Of a stretch of 64,000 nucleotides of DNA, positions 36,402 through 47,577 are shown in pieces. This DNA is from Takakia lepidozioides (lineage: Eukaryota > Plantae > Bryophyta). Location of the stretch: the NCBI GenBank assembly GCA_030704615.1, contig CM060733.1:62001-126000 (forward strand), in the 5' to 3' direction. The translations under genes were made by a program, and so were the position numbers. The notes below the pieces were generated by a model that worked only from the letters and a program-made list of their open reading frames with translations, had not been told where the DNA came from and did no database searches. Each line of letters opens with the position of its first letter. Position 1 is the stretch's first letter.

Positions 36402-37207
36402 ATGGACTTCGGTGTGCAGATCTCAAACTATAACTTGTTGATGAGAAAGATGTATGGGTTCATCCACCGCTGGCGTGATGAACACGTTCCACCTCCGTCG
36501 GTGGGTACGTGGGACCCAGATGCTCCATTATTGGAGGCCGGACTGCTCTTCCGCTTCGCATCATTTCCAAAATCTAAGGGCTTCGTAGCTGTCCGCAAGG
36601 TCATTGTCATCGGCATCCAAGTCGTCCTCAGGTCCTCCTTTGCAAGGATGCCGTGCTTCCGGAACCGGGACGACTGCCCATTTGGAGGCATCGATTATGC
36701 AATGTATTCGGCCACATCGGGAGTGTTATCTGGTACACAGATTACAGAGAAGATACTGGTTCGATTGTGGAAACATTGGTGGCTTTTGAGTATATCCTAG
36801 GCCACTACGCCTTCGAGCGGGGTGACGATCTTGGTCTGAGGAGTCCGTGGCTCCTGCGCATCCTCGATTCCGATTTTCCCAGCTACGACGGTCACCCATG
36901 CAGAAGAAGGCGCACTGCTATGCTGTTGCGGTGGAACTGCTGCCACTGGACGTGGGTGGACTCCATCGGAGAGACCTATTCTCCTGAAGGAGTGCGCTCC
37001 TCTTCTCCATTGTATGGGGACATTCGCATTGGTGTGGACGACGAAAACGTGAAGATTTCCATATTCGATGGTGGTATGATTGAAGGGCAGGACATTGTGG
37101 TGAACATCACTAGGGGCGGTACAACGGCTGCAATCGACTTTACCTGGAGGAGCCCCATGACTCATGAGCTAGTTCTGAGAGCAGTCGAAGTCCCATTGAC
37201 AACGTGA
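36402..37207 (+). CDS. Unknown MULE cargo gene B (~268 aa, one apparent frameshift near 36720)
   Basis: Overlapping ORFs 36402-36800 and 36653-37207 with blocks MPCFRNRDDCPFGGIDYAMY, PWLLRILDSDFPSYDGHP, RWNCCHWTW, YGDIRIG, SIFDGGMIEG and ELVLRAVEVP. Confidence 0.68.
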
Positions 37208-37616
37208 CTTGTATTCAGTAGGCACAGGGCTAAAGATTTGATTGCACAATCAGCACAGTAGACGTGCTTCAAATGCAATTCATGTGGATCAATAAAAACC
37301 TCATTGTGCCCTCTTTTTATTCTATTCTGTGTCCATCGTTCCGAGAATGCGTCATTGCTCATTTCGTTTGGGATTGGGAGTGTGGGTGGATTTTGCAAGT
37401 GGCTGGTAGGCTGAAATGGGCCCCCATTGTACAGAGCAGTACCACCCTTCCATTCGCGAAACATTGCCTTTCAATATATAATTCTAAATAACATTGCCGA
37501 ACCTCCTTCATCGGGAGGTCCTTCTCCCCCTATGACCGTGGCACCCTAAACCCTATTCCCGCGGACACTCATTTCCGGAAAATAGTGCTGCTCATGTTTT
37601 TTTCCACACTTACGAC

Positions 37617-37670
37617 TCTGCTCATGGCTCATGCCGCTCATGGCTCATGGCTCATGAAATAGCAGCCCCC
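37617..37670 (-). repeat. Right TIR with tandem GCTCATG heptamers
   Basis: Reverse complement matches the left end (17 of the terminal 21 bp) plus the heptamer repeats. Confidence 0.85.
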
Positions 37671-37710
37671 CTACAGCCCTTTTGTTTTTTTTATTTCCAT
37701 TTATCAATCC

Positions 37711-40121
37711 AACTTTTTCAATCAATCTGGATGATATTATTATAGGATGCATGAACTAATGTACAGGAAGCTGGTTTACCATCTATTTCTTTCATCTAAA
37801 CTAGATGAACTACATGAATAATGGTTACCTGTTTTAAAATCCAAGAGATAATAAAACTACCATCATAAATGATGGCAGTTATTAAACCTAAGCCTATACC
37901 ATAACCCTAAAAGATACCTTTTATGGATGTCATCATTGACAATGTGCTTCTCTTGATAAAATGTGATTTTTCATCCACCTGGATGAGAAATCGGGAAGTA
38001 TTGCCCTAAGCACGCCGACACATTCACAACACTGAACTCGTGCTTCAGTGAACCTTGATGATGCGCCGCGTAAATCTGCTCCCCTGCTGCTACATGATAC
38101 TCGTGATGGCTGGCTCTTGGGATGCGCATTGGCGGTTAGGCAGATTCATCTCTGACAGACGACAAAGCGATGATCACTTTGCTCAGAAACTCATGGTTCT
38201 TTATTTTGCAGCGGCGCTTTTACTCCTCGTTGGGAAGTACTCTATCCCTATTTATATACATAGTACATGTTGCTCTCTTCTTGTATGAGCCATTCTCTAT
38301 CTGTGAACGCTTCTATTTTGATTTCTGTTGGAGACGATCTGTTGGACGCCATGGCGCAGGGCATACCACAAACACTCAAGGTTTTTTGAGTTTACCCTTG
38401 CTTGAATTGTGATCTGTACATGCTTTAGAATTCAACACTGACATGGATAGCAACTGTGAAGACCTGCCACTCACCTGCTGCATCCTCGCTAACACACATC
38501 GCTATGTGGTGGTTTTTGGGACGGGCACAGGTGAGGGTCTTCACTTGTCTTGATTTCTTGAAGCTTGCAGCTCCTGTTCTTGCAAATGTGGATACTGCTG
38601 CCTGCCTAAGCTGCTGATGCCATTTGCTGCTTCAAACTGCCACCATGCCGCTTCAGACCTGCTCCAAGATGGCTCCAATGAGGATCTGCTTCTCTCCTTA
38701 CCCCTGTTTCTGGTTTTTTTACAACCACATTTGCATGTGTAGGAGTTTAAGCTATGAAGGGTACAAGGGTACAAAATAGCAGTTATTACTCTGACTGCTT
38801 TGATACTTGGCTCTGAAATGAAACTTCTTGGTATGACTTTGATGGATCAAAAGGATAAGCTTTGATAGATAACACACATTCTTCAAGGCCCTCATATCAT
38901 TTTGGTTTCATGGCTTGATAACAAACAGGGGTTTCTGAGCTGCTCTTTCACCTTGGCAGAGCTATTTTATGAGGCCTTAAAATACCATTCCAGGCCTATA
39001 CCTGCTTAAGGGGGCTCAACCCTGTTGTTTCTTCTTCCTTTATAAGAATCTTGCTTGTATCTTGGTTCTGAAACATCAACTTCAAACCAGTACTGTTTCT
39101 TAGGGAAGTGAAATGCTCAAGACCTGGATTTTGTTTGCCTTGGCCCGCTAAAGACTCTCAATTTAAAGGCCTGGCTGCAGGCAGGGTTCTTCTGAGTTTC
39201 TTTGTTAACTCAGATCTTTGGAGGTTCTAGAATACCACTCAAGACCTAGATCTGTTTTGGAACACTCAACCTTGCATAGGTTTCTTGTTTACTGCTTGTG
39301 GTTTGGCATTGATACATCACCAAATTAGCTTTGGAATGAAACCTCTCAGCTTGACTCTGTTGTGTCAAACAGGTACGCCTTGTTTAGGGAACACACACTC
39401 TCATTATGGCTCTCATAGCAGTCTGAATTTGAGGGCTGATAGCAGGCAAATTTGGGATAATTTGCCTTGCTTCTGTTCTATGATTCCTGCTTTTGACACG
39501 ACACTGAAACGTCACCTTCAGGCCAGCAATAGCCTCTAGGGATAAGACTCGTTCAAAACCTGGATGTTGGCATGCAGCCTCATGATATATACCATGTCTT
39601 GAACCATGCCAATAGGGCAAGAGGAAACATGATGTAAACCAGCAAATGCTTAAGGCATATTTGTTTGACTGTTCAAACTCAACTTGAATTGTTTTTGAGC
39701 ATGAGTCTTGAGGAATGTCCCAAGACCTACAATCTGGTTTTCACAACTTGTTTTGCTAAGGTGTTGTGTCTACTTGCAAATACTTAAGGCATGAATGGCT
39801 GGCTGTTTCAACTTGAAGTGCTATGAGCTTGATTCTGGGAAATATCCCCAAACCTGCAATCTGGTTTTTGAAATGAGTTTGAAATGAGTTTTTGAAATGA
39901 TGGTGCAAACTATGGTGCTTTCATGATATGATTGACCTGGAATCCCACCCTCCCACCCTGTTTTTTCAGAGACCCTGAAATGTAATGGGGTATTCAAATG
40001 AGATTGTAAACATGAAAGGGAATGTTAGATGGTGCCCTGTAAAGGGCTGTTTTGTCTTTCAATGACAATGACCTTAGCGGTCTTGTCCATGTCTTGACAT
40101 GACATGTATATCTTCCCTCTC
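37711..40121 (+). repeat. Tandem unit copy 2 right part (to 39925) and start of copy 3 (39926-40121)
   Basis: Near-identical to 12690-15116. Confidence 0.93.
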
Positions 40122-40198
40122 TCTCTCTCCTCTCTTTCGTGCTGCTCACCAAAAGAAAAAAACCACAGAGGGAAAGAGGGGGTAGAAAAAGTTAATAA

Positions 40199-42500
40199 GA
40201 GAGAGGGAGAGAGTGGGAAGATATTCACGTCATGTCAAGACATGGACAAGACCCATAAGGGTCATTGTCAGTTAAAGACATAAACAGCCCTGGATAGGGC
40301 ACTATCTCACATTTCCAGTCTTGTCAAATCATCCCAAAAGACACCACCCAATCATCCAAGACAAAACAGGGTGGGAGGGCGGGGTTTGTTCTTGTGTGGG
40401 ACAAGATAAGATATTGTTGTCCTTGTGCATGCTGCAAGGCCTCTTGGTTCAGCCTGTGCATATACCAGCAGCTTACCAATTCAGCCATTAATTATGGCAG
40501 GTCATGCATCAGCCAAGGCATAAGGACCAGCCTGCATTTTGTCAGAATCTCAGTATCCCACCAAGCAGTCCAACTTGAGCCAAATGAAGTGGATTCCATA
40601 TCATTTGTATTCACCCCGAGACATGTGATCATACAAGGTATCAAGGGAATGTGAATGCAGCTAGTCAAATTGCAGGTTCAAGACTTGTACCAACAAACAG
40701 CATGAACAGCCAAGATCCATCCTCTTTTGTATAAAAAACAGATGGCAGGTCATAGGCCTGATGTCATGACAGATCCAAAACAATAGTTAGGATTCCATTG
40801 CAGCTTACCATCCTCGTCCTTCAAGAGTTCCATGCTAAGACATGCAAAGAACACCTTACTATGATCCAGTACACATTAGAAGTAGGCCTGATAAGGAGCA
40901 GGGCAGTACCCTACCAGGCTGCCGCCTTAAACTTCAAGGCCATCAGATCCATAGTTTCCCAAAACCGCCAAAAACATACCACCAAAAACCAGATCCTCTT
41001 TGGCCAAAATAACTTACAACCTAGCTTAGTAATCCACAGGCTTTGCTGTCAAAGATTAAAAGGTAGGGTATGGTTTGTATGCAAGCCTCAGGAAACAAGC
41101 CCGTCAGGTCGAGCTGCGCATTGGCGGCAGAACGACAAAGGCCAAAACGTAGGCTGGAGCATATCAAGTCAAGGGCAGTTGTGTTGAAATCGGGGCTGCA
41201 GCCAGCAGCCACCTCACAGCGCGCACAACCCTAGGTCTCCTCAGCCCATATCCCAATCTGCATGCTCAAGAAACTTCAAAGTAGGTGAGGATCCTCACCT
41301 GGTCCCATCACAAGCCCCCACAAAAACCAACAGGTTAGTGAGGATTGTGGAACCCCAGGTGAATCACAGACCCTCACACTTGTCATCGATGTCAACTAAG
41401 AAACTCAAAAGCAAGAGAAAGAGATAAGAACATGAGAATCCCTAAACTCCAAAGGCACCTAAGCAATTGGGGAAGAGGGTTATGTGCCATCACCACCCGC
41501 AGCAAGCCGCCTCCACAAAGCACATAAGCAATGAAGCAAAGCAGGCACAATCGCAAGGCACTAGAAAAGAGGGAGAGAACTTCCCATCATCAGCATCCTT
41601 GCTATGCACAGAAAAAGCCAGAGGAGAGAAGATGCCACTGCTTTCATAGCGGTGTTTCCCGCTGCAAGAGAGACAAGGCGCCGCCTTTGCGCCCCCCCAG
41701 GCGCTCGTCCAGCATGGGTACGACACCACAAACAGGGCAGCCACCAAAGCACGCCCGCCATAACACTCTCCTCGCCAGCTCAGAAGCACATCGCATGCTT
41801 CTGACAGCAGGAGAGACGACATAGGGTTGTCCCCCGATTATTCATCCGTGGATGAAAAATAGTAGGACAAATCCATATACCCTGACGGATTTCATCCGCA
41901 ACAAGGTTAAAAATAGGTTTTGGGGTAGGGGTTAGGGTTTCCACCGTAATTAATCATAATTAGGGGTAGTAAAGATCAATTCCAGGCCATAATCATATCA
42001 TCCATAGACAGATCATTTGTGTCAGGATGAAAAAGTAGGGAATATCATCCGTGGCAGCGCCTTACCTCCATCTAGGAAATTCTATCATTCCTTACCAGAC
42101 CATCCGGTATGGATAAAAAGAGTCAATAAAAGAGGAATGAAAAATTATCACCCCGTAGTTTTTCATCCGGTACGGATGGAAAAACAGGATGTTGTTGGCA
42201 ACCTCCATAGAGGTAATCCTTTTCTTCCATGGTGACTCATCCGGTATGGATGAGAGTCAATAGAGGAGGAATGAAAAGGCCAAAAGAACCATCCTAGAGG
42301 TAATTCAGTGTCCATCCTGGTGGCTCATCCGGTATGGATGAAAAAGCCTGATATAGGATGAGAAAACAAAATATCAACACTGATAGCAAACTGCCAATTC
42401 CCAGTAGAGAGGGAGACAGAGGGAGAGAGGGGGCAACAATGAAAAAAAATGGGTTGGGGGGGGGGGGGGGGGGGGGTTCAGATGGTGGGGTCAGCTACAC
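40199..42500 (-). repeat. Diverged inverted paralog of the 12609-15116 part of the tandem unit (unclassified non-coding element)
   Basis: 40199-40387 is an imperfect reverse complement of 39941-40121. 41258-41398 matches the reverse complement of ~13435-13570. A TCATCC/GGATGA cluster at 41841-42362 mirrors 12690-12980. Confidence 0.75.
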
Positions 42501-43195
42501 CATATGTCAAACACCAGATATCCTAAGTTAATCGACTCTATATCTTGGAAACAGGACCGCCCACCGACCTGTCAAACAGGCTAAGTCTTGGCAGAAGACA
42601 GTAGAAAAGATTCTCAAGGACCTTGACCTGGAACCGCAAGTCTTCACCCTGTTGGATAAATCTGACTTAGAGGCTGTAGTGTCCAACCATGTCTGTTGCC
42701 ATGAGATTGTCTGATGAAAATGAAGTTAGGCAAAAAACTTCCCTGAATTTGTTTCCAGTCAGTGACATGGGGAGGACATCTTGGATGACCTCAAGGGTCT
42801 ACCCACTCTTGGCACTAGACTGAAATTTAAACTCAGGGCAGGAAGCCTACCTTTGAACAGCAAACAGAAGCAGAGAGGAAAGGGAGAGTGCAATTGCCCG
42901 TTGTGTGGGCAATCTGAAGACAATACTCATTTTCCGATACACTGTCCAGGGTTCTCTCACCAAAGAGACGCTCTCTTCAAATCTATCAAGGGAATTGTGC
43001 ATGTACCTCTGTTTACTAACTTTGAAAAAGTCGAGGCTGAGCCAAAAGCCCAGCCCCTTCTGAGGCCTAGTTTTTGGGCATCTCACACATAGCAGATTGA
43101 TGCTTGTGTGAAGGGATTTGTAGAGGATATCTGGAAAACCCGGATTAATTCTATATGTGAAGGTAAGTCTTACTACCAACGTCAGCCCCTGACAG
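42501..43195 (+). mobile_element. 5'-truncated non-LTR retrotransposon (LINE) ORF2 C-terminal fragment
   Basis: KFKLRAGSLPL...CPLCGQSEDNTHFPIHCPGF..QR (CCHC zinc knuckle)...FVEDIWKTR, typical of a LINE ORF2 3' end. Confidence 0.75.
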
Positions 43196-43229
43196 AGGTA
43201 GGATCTGTCCGTTTTGTTTCCCCAAGAGA

Positions 43230-43337
43230 GGGGCAACAAAGAAAGAAAAAAGAATGTGGGAGGGGGGGGTGACTGAGCAACAGCAGCTGCTCAGTCACTT
43301 CCCCCCCCCCACCTTCTTTTCTTTTCTTTGTTGCCCC
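43230..43337. repeat. ~108-bp imperfect hairpin
   Basis: Perfect core GTGACTGAGCA-8nt-TGCTCAGTCAC, with outer arms GGGGCAACAAAGAAAG / CTTTTCTTTGTTGCCCC. Confidence 0.85.
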
Positions 43338-43399
43338 CTGATGTTTCCCTCTCACTCCCTCTCTCTCCCTCTCTTCTGTGTTGCTCTCTTTTAAGCTCC

Positions 43400-43610
43400 C
43401 AACGAGATAAAATCAAGGTTAGATTGTGGGTTCAGCTGCAACATATGTCCAACACCAGATATCCTAAGTTAATCGACTCTATATCTTGGAATCAGGACCG
43501 CCCTATCAAACAGGGTGAGCCCTGGGAGAAGAGAGTAAAAGAGATTCTCAAGGATCTACCTTTGAACAGTAAACAGAAGCAGTGAGGAAACGGAGAGTGC
43601 AATTTCCCTG
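43400..43610 (+). mobile_element. Second, internally deleted copy of the same LINE fragment
   Basis: HMSNTRYPKLIDSISW...ILKDL is fused directly to LPLNSKQKQ; matches 42501-42622 and 42847-42898. Confidence 0.75.
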
Positions 43611-43616
43611 ACGTAC

Positions 43617-43990
43617 CTCTGCTGCTGCTGGTGCTTGAAGCGAGTTGGCGCGGCGAGCTGCTGCTGTGCTGTCGCGGCTGCCAGCGGCGCGGGTCCCCAC
43701 CGTTGCAGGGCGTCTCTCCCCCGCTCACCATGGCTCTCTCTCTTCAGCTCGTTAGGTCGCGCCTCTGCGCGGCGTTCCTACCACACAGGGGAGAGAGACA
43801 TCAGCCCGTGCTTAGGGCAAGAAAGAAAGACAGAAAGTGAGGGAGGAGGCGGTGCTTACCTTGGGCGTTGGAGCGGCGTTGGGGCAAACTCCTTGGGGCC
43901 TTGCGACCACCTCGGGCTCAGCAGCAGGTGCGGTTCTCCTCCACCCTAAACCCCACTCTCTGAATTACCTCTCTCCCAAAGAACAAACGA
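43617..43990 (-). other. Probable 5' exons of a host gene (UTR exon, 82-bp intron 43778-43859, exon 43617-43777 with ATG at 43731)
   Basis: Minus-strand donor AAG/GTAAGC, CT-rich intron ending GTGGTAG, GCCATGG start context, next donor GAG/GTACGT. GC-rich, non-repetitive sequence. Confidence 0.42.
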
Positions 43991-44747
43991 AAACGGGAGG
44001 CGAAAGAGATGCTTCAAGCACTTAGGGGAAAAAAAAGGCGCGGCACCCACGTGCGACGCCCGGCCGTCGCACGCATGCGCCTGCCTTTTTTTTGAATTGT
44101 AAAAATGAAGTTTGCGACGGCTGGCCGTCGTTTCTTGCGACCCCCGGCCCCATAAATTAAAAAAACACGTCGCTCCCCGCGACGGCTGTCCGTCGCGGGG
44201 TGCGACCCCCAGGTAAAAATTATAAAAATAAAAAAAAATAAAAAAAAATAAAAAAAAAAAAACCTCGTCATCAAATACGACGCCAGGGTGTCGTAGGAGG
44301 CGACGGCCGGCCTTTCTGGGTTTTGGGTTTAGGGCCTTTTGGGTTTCTTAGTTTTTTTTTTTTTTTTTTTTTTTTAAAAATAAAATTTATATTTATGTGG
44401 TACTGGGTTAGGGTGTTTGCTTTTCTTTATGGTGTTGGGTTTTGGATTGGCGGTTTTGGTTGTGGGTCTTGGGGTTAAAAGGATAAACGGTGTAATAACG
44501 ATTCACATACCCAAAATGTGGTTCAATCTGATAATCGCAAAGCGCTGGGTCTCAACAAATTTTTCCATGGTGTGGGCATCCTGAAGATAGAACGAGATGA
44601 AGGATTTATTGTCTTGGGCTCTAGCACCATAGGGATGCTCCGCCTTTGGTTACCAACTTTGAAAGCCCCGAGGCTGAGGCATAGGGTTTTTTTACCAATG
44701 GTTTTTGAGAAATGAAAGTGTTGGTGGTGTGTGTTAATTAGGATGGG

Positions 44748-46461
44748 ATGGTGAGGAACCATCGATCCGTCTCCCTCGAGGATGGGGAGGTAGTACCACA
44801 TATCGATTGTGGCCCTAGAGCGACCATTTTTTGTGGTGAGGAGCCACCCATTGCACCTGATCCAATACAGGCTGCCGGGCACAATCGTAGAAGGGACCGG
44901 GGCCAAATTTCAGGTGATGCGGAGGATGTTGACACTCCGGGATCGAGTCGGGCGCGCCGCGGGTTGCCCCCTCGCGGGCCACCCCATCCAACCACGTCCA
45001 CCTTTGAAACCCCCCCCCCCACAGGATTGAGTGTTGGTGCACTAAGTGTTGGGAACGGATACCGCCGGGTGGCACCAGACCACCGAGGCGGCGACCACAT
45101 GTTGTCGAAAAACATTACAAGAAGAACAAGATTGCGGATGCGGCAAATGTGAGTGTTTTTCCCACCCCTCTCATTAACATTCATTTAAGGTACATTTAGG
45201 TTTATCTAATAATATAGTATGATTGGTAAGCATACATGAATCAAAATTACGACATAAGTATTGATGCGTCATTCACTACGCACATTGCAGCCACGACTTG
45301 ATGCCCAAGCTCGCAATCACATTGCACAGGAGGCAATTCGCATCGGTCTACTTGCAAAATTTGTGCAGAGCATGTGCCCGATGTGACCAGTTGGTTCCCC
45401 CAGCAGCACGTAGATGAGATGCATAGGGTCGAGGGGTATCGTAGGTGTCGTAGGCATTATGGCCGGCGACGAGCAGGCCCACCCCCCCCTCCAGTTTCCT
45501 CAGGCGGTCCCCCTAATTGTGGCCTCCCCCCCCCGGTCTGTTTCTTTGCCTGATCCACCTCTGGTTGTACCTGATCCGGACATTGTACCCCCGGCTGCAC
45601 CTCCGACATTACATCCTCAACCACCTCCACTTTCATCTCCTCCGCCAGCAGTACCACCTCCACCTCCACCACCACCACCTCCACCTCCACGTGCATGTGC
45701 CCCCCGAACCCCTTAGGAGGGGTCGGCTTCGCCCTAGGTTTCCTCCCCTTCGACTTGGGCGGCCTGAGCCGGATCCTCGCCCCCGATGGGAAGCGCATAG
45801 GACTATGTTACTGAGGACCGTCCAGCCTCATTGTTGGGGGAATCATCTCGACCCTCCCACCCCCATCCGAGAAAATGTGGAGTTCGAGTATTGGGGGAGA
45901 CGGTATGTTGTGAGAGCCGCTACAGACCCTGATATGGGTCAGGGTTTATTCACGGTCAATGATATTGTGGCTCCTCGGAGAAATAGCATGGTGGACTTGT
46001 TTCCTTACTACGGTCCATACTACACCTCCGCGGAGTTCCGTACATTATGCCTCGAAGCCCCATACATCCTACCCTACATTTTGTGTGTCAACGGACATGA
46101 TGTACGTAGACGGGGGTTGTTTCCCATTGAGATCAAATTTTGTGATGGTGACCCCGACATCTTCGACAATGTTACTGGGCTGGTCAATAGTTCTTTTGGT
46201 CATCCTAGGAGAACCAATGTAGTATGGGACAAGCAAAGCGATGGGCATGAGAGCTTTTGTGGTCATACGTCAGTATACTGTGAGAGGATGCACATGTTTG
46301 TGATGACATGTGCTAGTAGGACTATTAGGGCTGGCAGCGAACTATTTGCATCATACGAGTTCTCCCGGGATGATTGGGACCTCCGATTACAACGTGAGTG
46401 GGATGTGTATGATAGAAATAGGGTTCCTTTGAGACAGGGATCGTGTAGAGGGGCATTGTAG
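44748..46461 (+). CDS. SET-domain protein (SET at ~45904-46362) preceded by a Pro-rich linker; probable intron 45149-45290 and frameshifts in the 5' half
   Basis: VRAATDPDMGQGLF (GxG), LFPYYG, DG...NVTGLVNSS (NHS-equivalent), NVVW, VMTCASRTIRAGSELFASY (ELxxxY). Confidence 0.78.
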
Positions 46462-47577
46462 ATATTCTCATGATGTACTTTGTATACATCCAATTAATCG
46501 ATTGATGTAGCTTTTTTTCTTGTTGCTCGTGTGGGTTGCAACTTTGCATATGTGATCTAAACATACTTATGCACATGTGGACCAAATATGAGCTTGAACC
46601 AAGTTGATTCAATGGGTCATTCTAGTGTTGAACGGAGCTACGTGTCATAGAGACGGAAAATTGTGTTTCGCCTGCAGATGATTTTTTTTTTATCCCATTT
46701 TCAAGCCATATGCTTAATGATAGCATATGCAATGTGCGTGCAAAATTTGGGAGTAAACAAAAGTCATTTGGACCCATAACCAGATTTTGTTCTCTCATTT
46801 GCACTCCAAAGTTAAGTTATCCTCAACTTCATGCATTCTTCATAGAGAGTTTTGCAAAAGTGACCCTAGAAACACACTTATTTTTTTTCCATTTTTTTTT
46901 GTCCCATTTTTTGCATGGATGTAGTGGTGCAAAGCTTGATGTTACAGAACAAAATAGAGCTAAAAATAAAATCATTACGCCCCTCAAAACCACAATCATA
47001 TATTATCTAAATGCAAATTTTTATTTTAAATTCGATTTAATTCAAAATTGGTGTAAGGGTGAGTGCGTCGTTGGGGAGGCATTTTTTTATTTTGTTTATT
47101 TTGTTTAAATTTTATTTTATAACCTGCTGGATCTTTGTACAGGTGTTGCACACATATTTAAACACATGTAGGAAAAAATGAAGCTTGAGCCACATCCCTT
47201 TGTTGGGTGCAATGGCATGAGAGGATTTTCTTTCACATTAATAAACAAAAATTGGTTGATAGGGTGAATGCGTCATTGGGGGGGCAAATGATTTTGTTTG
47301 GGTTTGAAACTTCGCATGCGTGTACGTTGCGCACATACATGTAATTATTGAATGACATATTTGATGCACACACACATTGAAGGTTGTTGTTTGCATTTCG
47401 CTTATAATGAAGTGTATGGTTGCAAGGACACATTATAATATATATCCCTATGATATTTGTTCGTATCAGGACTTTGTCCATCCCTTCCCGGTCTTTTCTC
47501 TTGGCACCCCATCCGAAAACAACCCAAGTACATCAGGCGGGAGCCATGGGCGAGACGCCGCACCCACGGTACCGGCC

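Larger units (their letters stand above)
16172..37670. mobile_element. Giant Mutator-like (MULE) DNA transposon with cargo genes (~14.5 kb excluding the nested retroelement)
   Basis: Imperfect TIRs GAGGTTTACTATTTCATGAGC / GCTCATGAAATAGCAGCCCCC with subterminal CATGAGC repeats. It interrupts the flanking tandem unit and encodes a MULE-type DDE transposase. The TSD is not cleanly readable because the right flank is noisy. Confidence 0.88.

Noticed and set aside
16172-37670. Sola or KDZ superfamily assignment, or a Fanzor/TnpB cargo
   Set aside because: The D..D..CxxH..E pattern with FMAD and TNMAESVH fits MULE, and no RuvC/zinc-ribbon TnpB motifs were recognised in the cargo genes.
37671-37720. 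Exact 9-bp MULE target-site duplication
   Set aside because: The right flank has ~40 bp of unalignable sequence and only a noisy match (TTATCAATCC) to the left TTTTCATCC, so no TSD is claimed.
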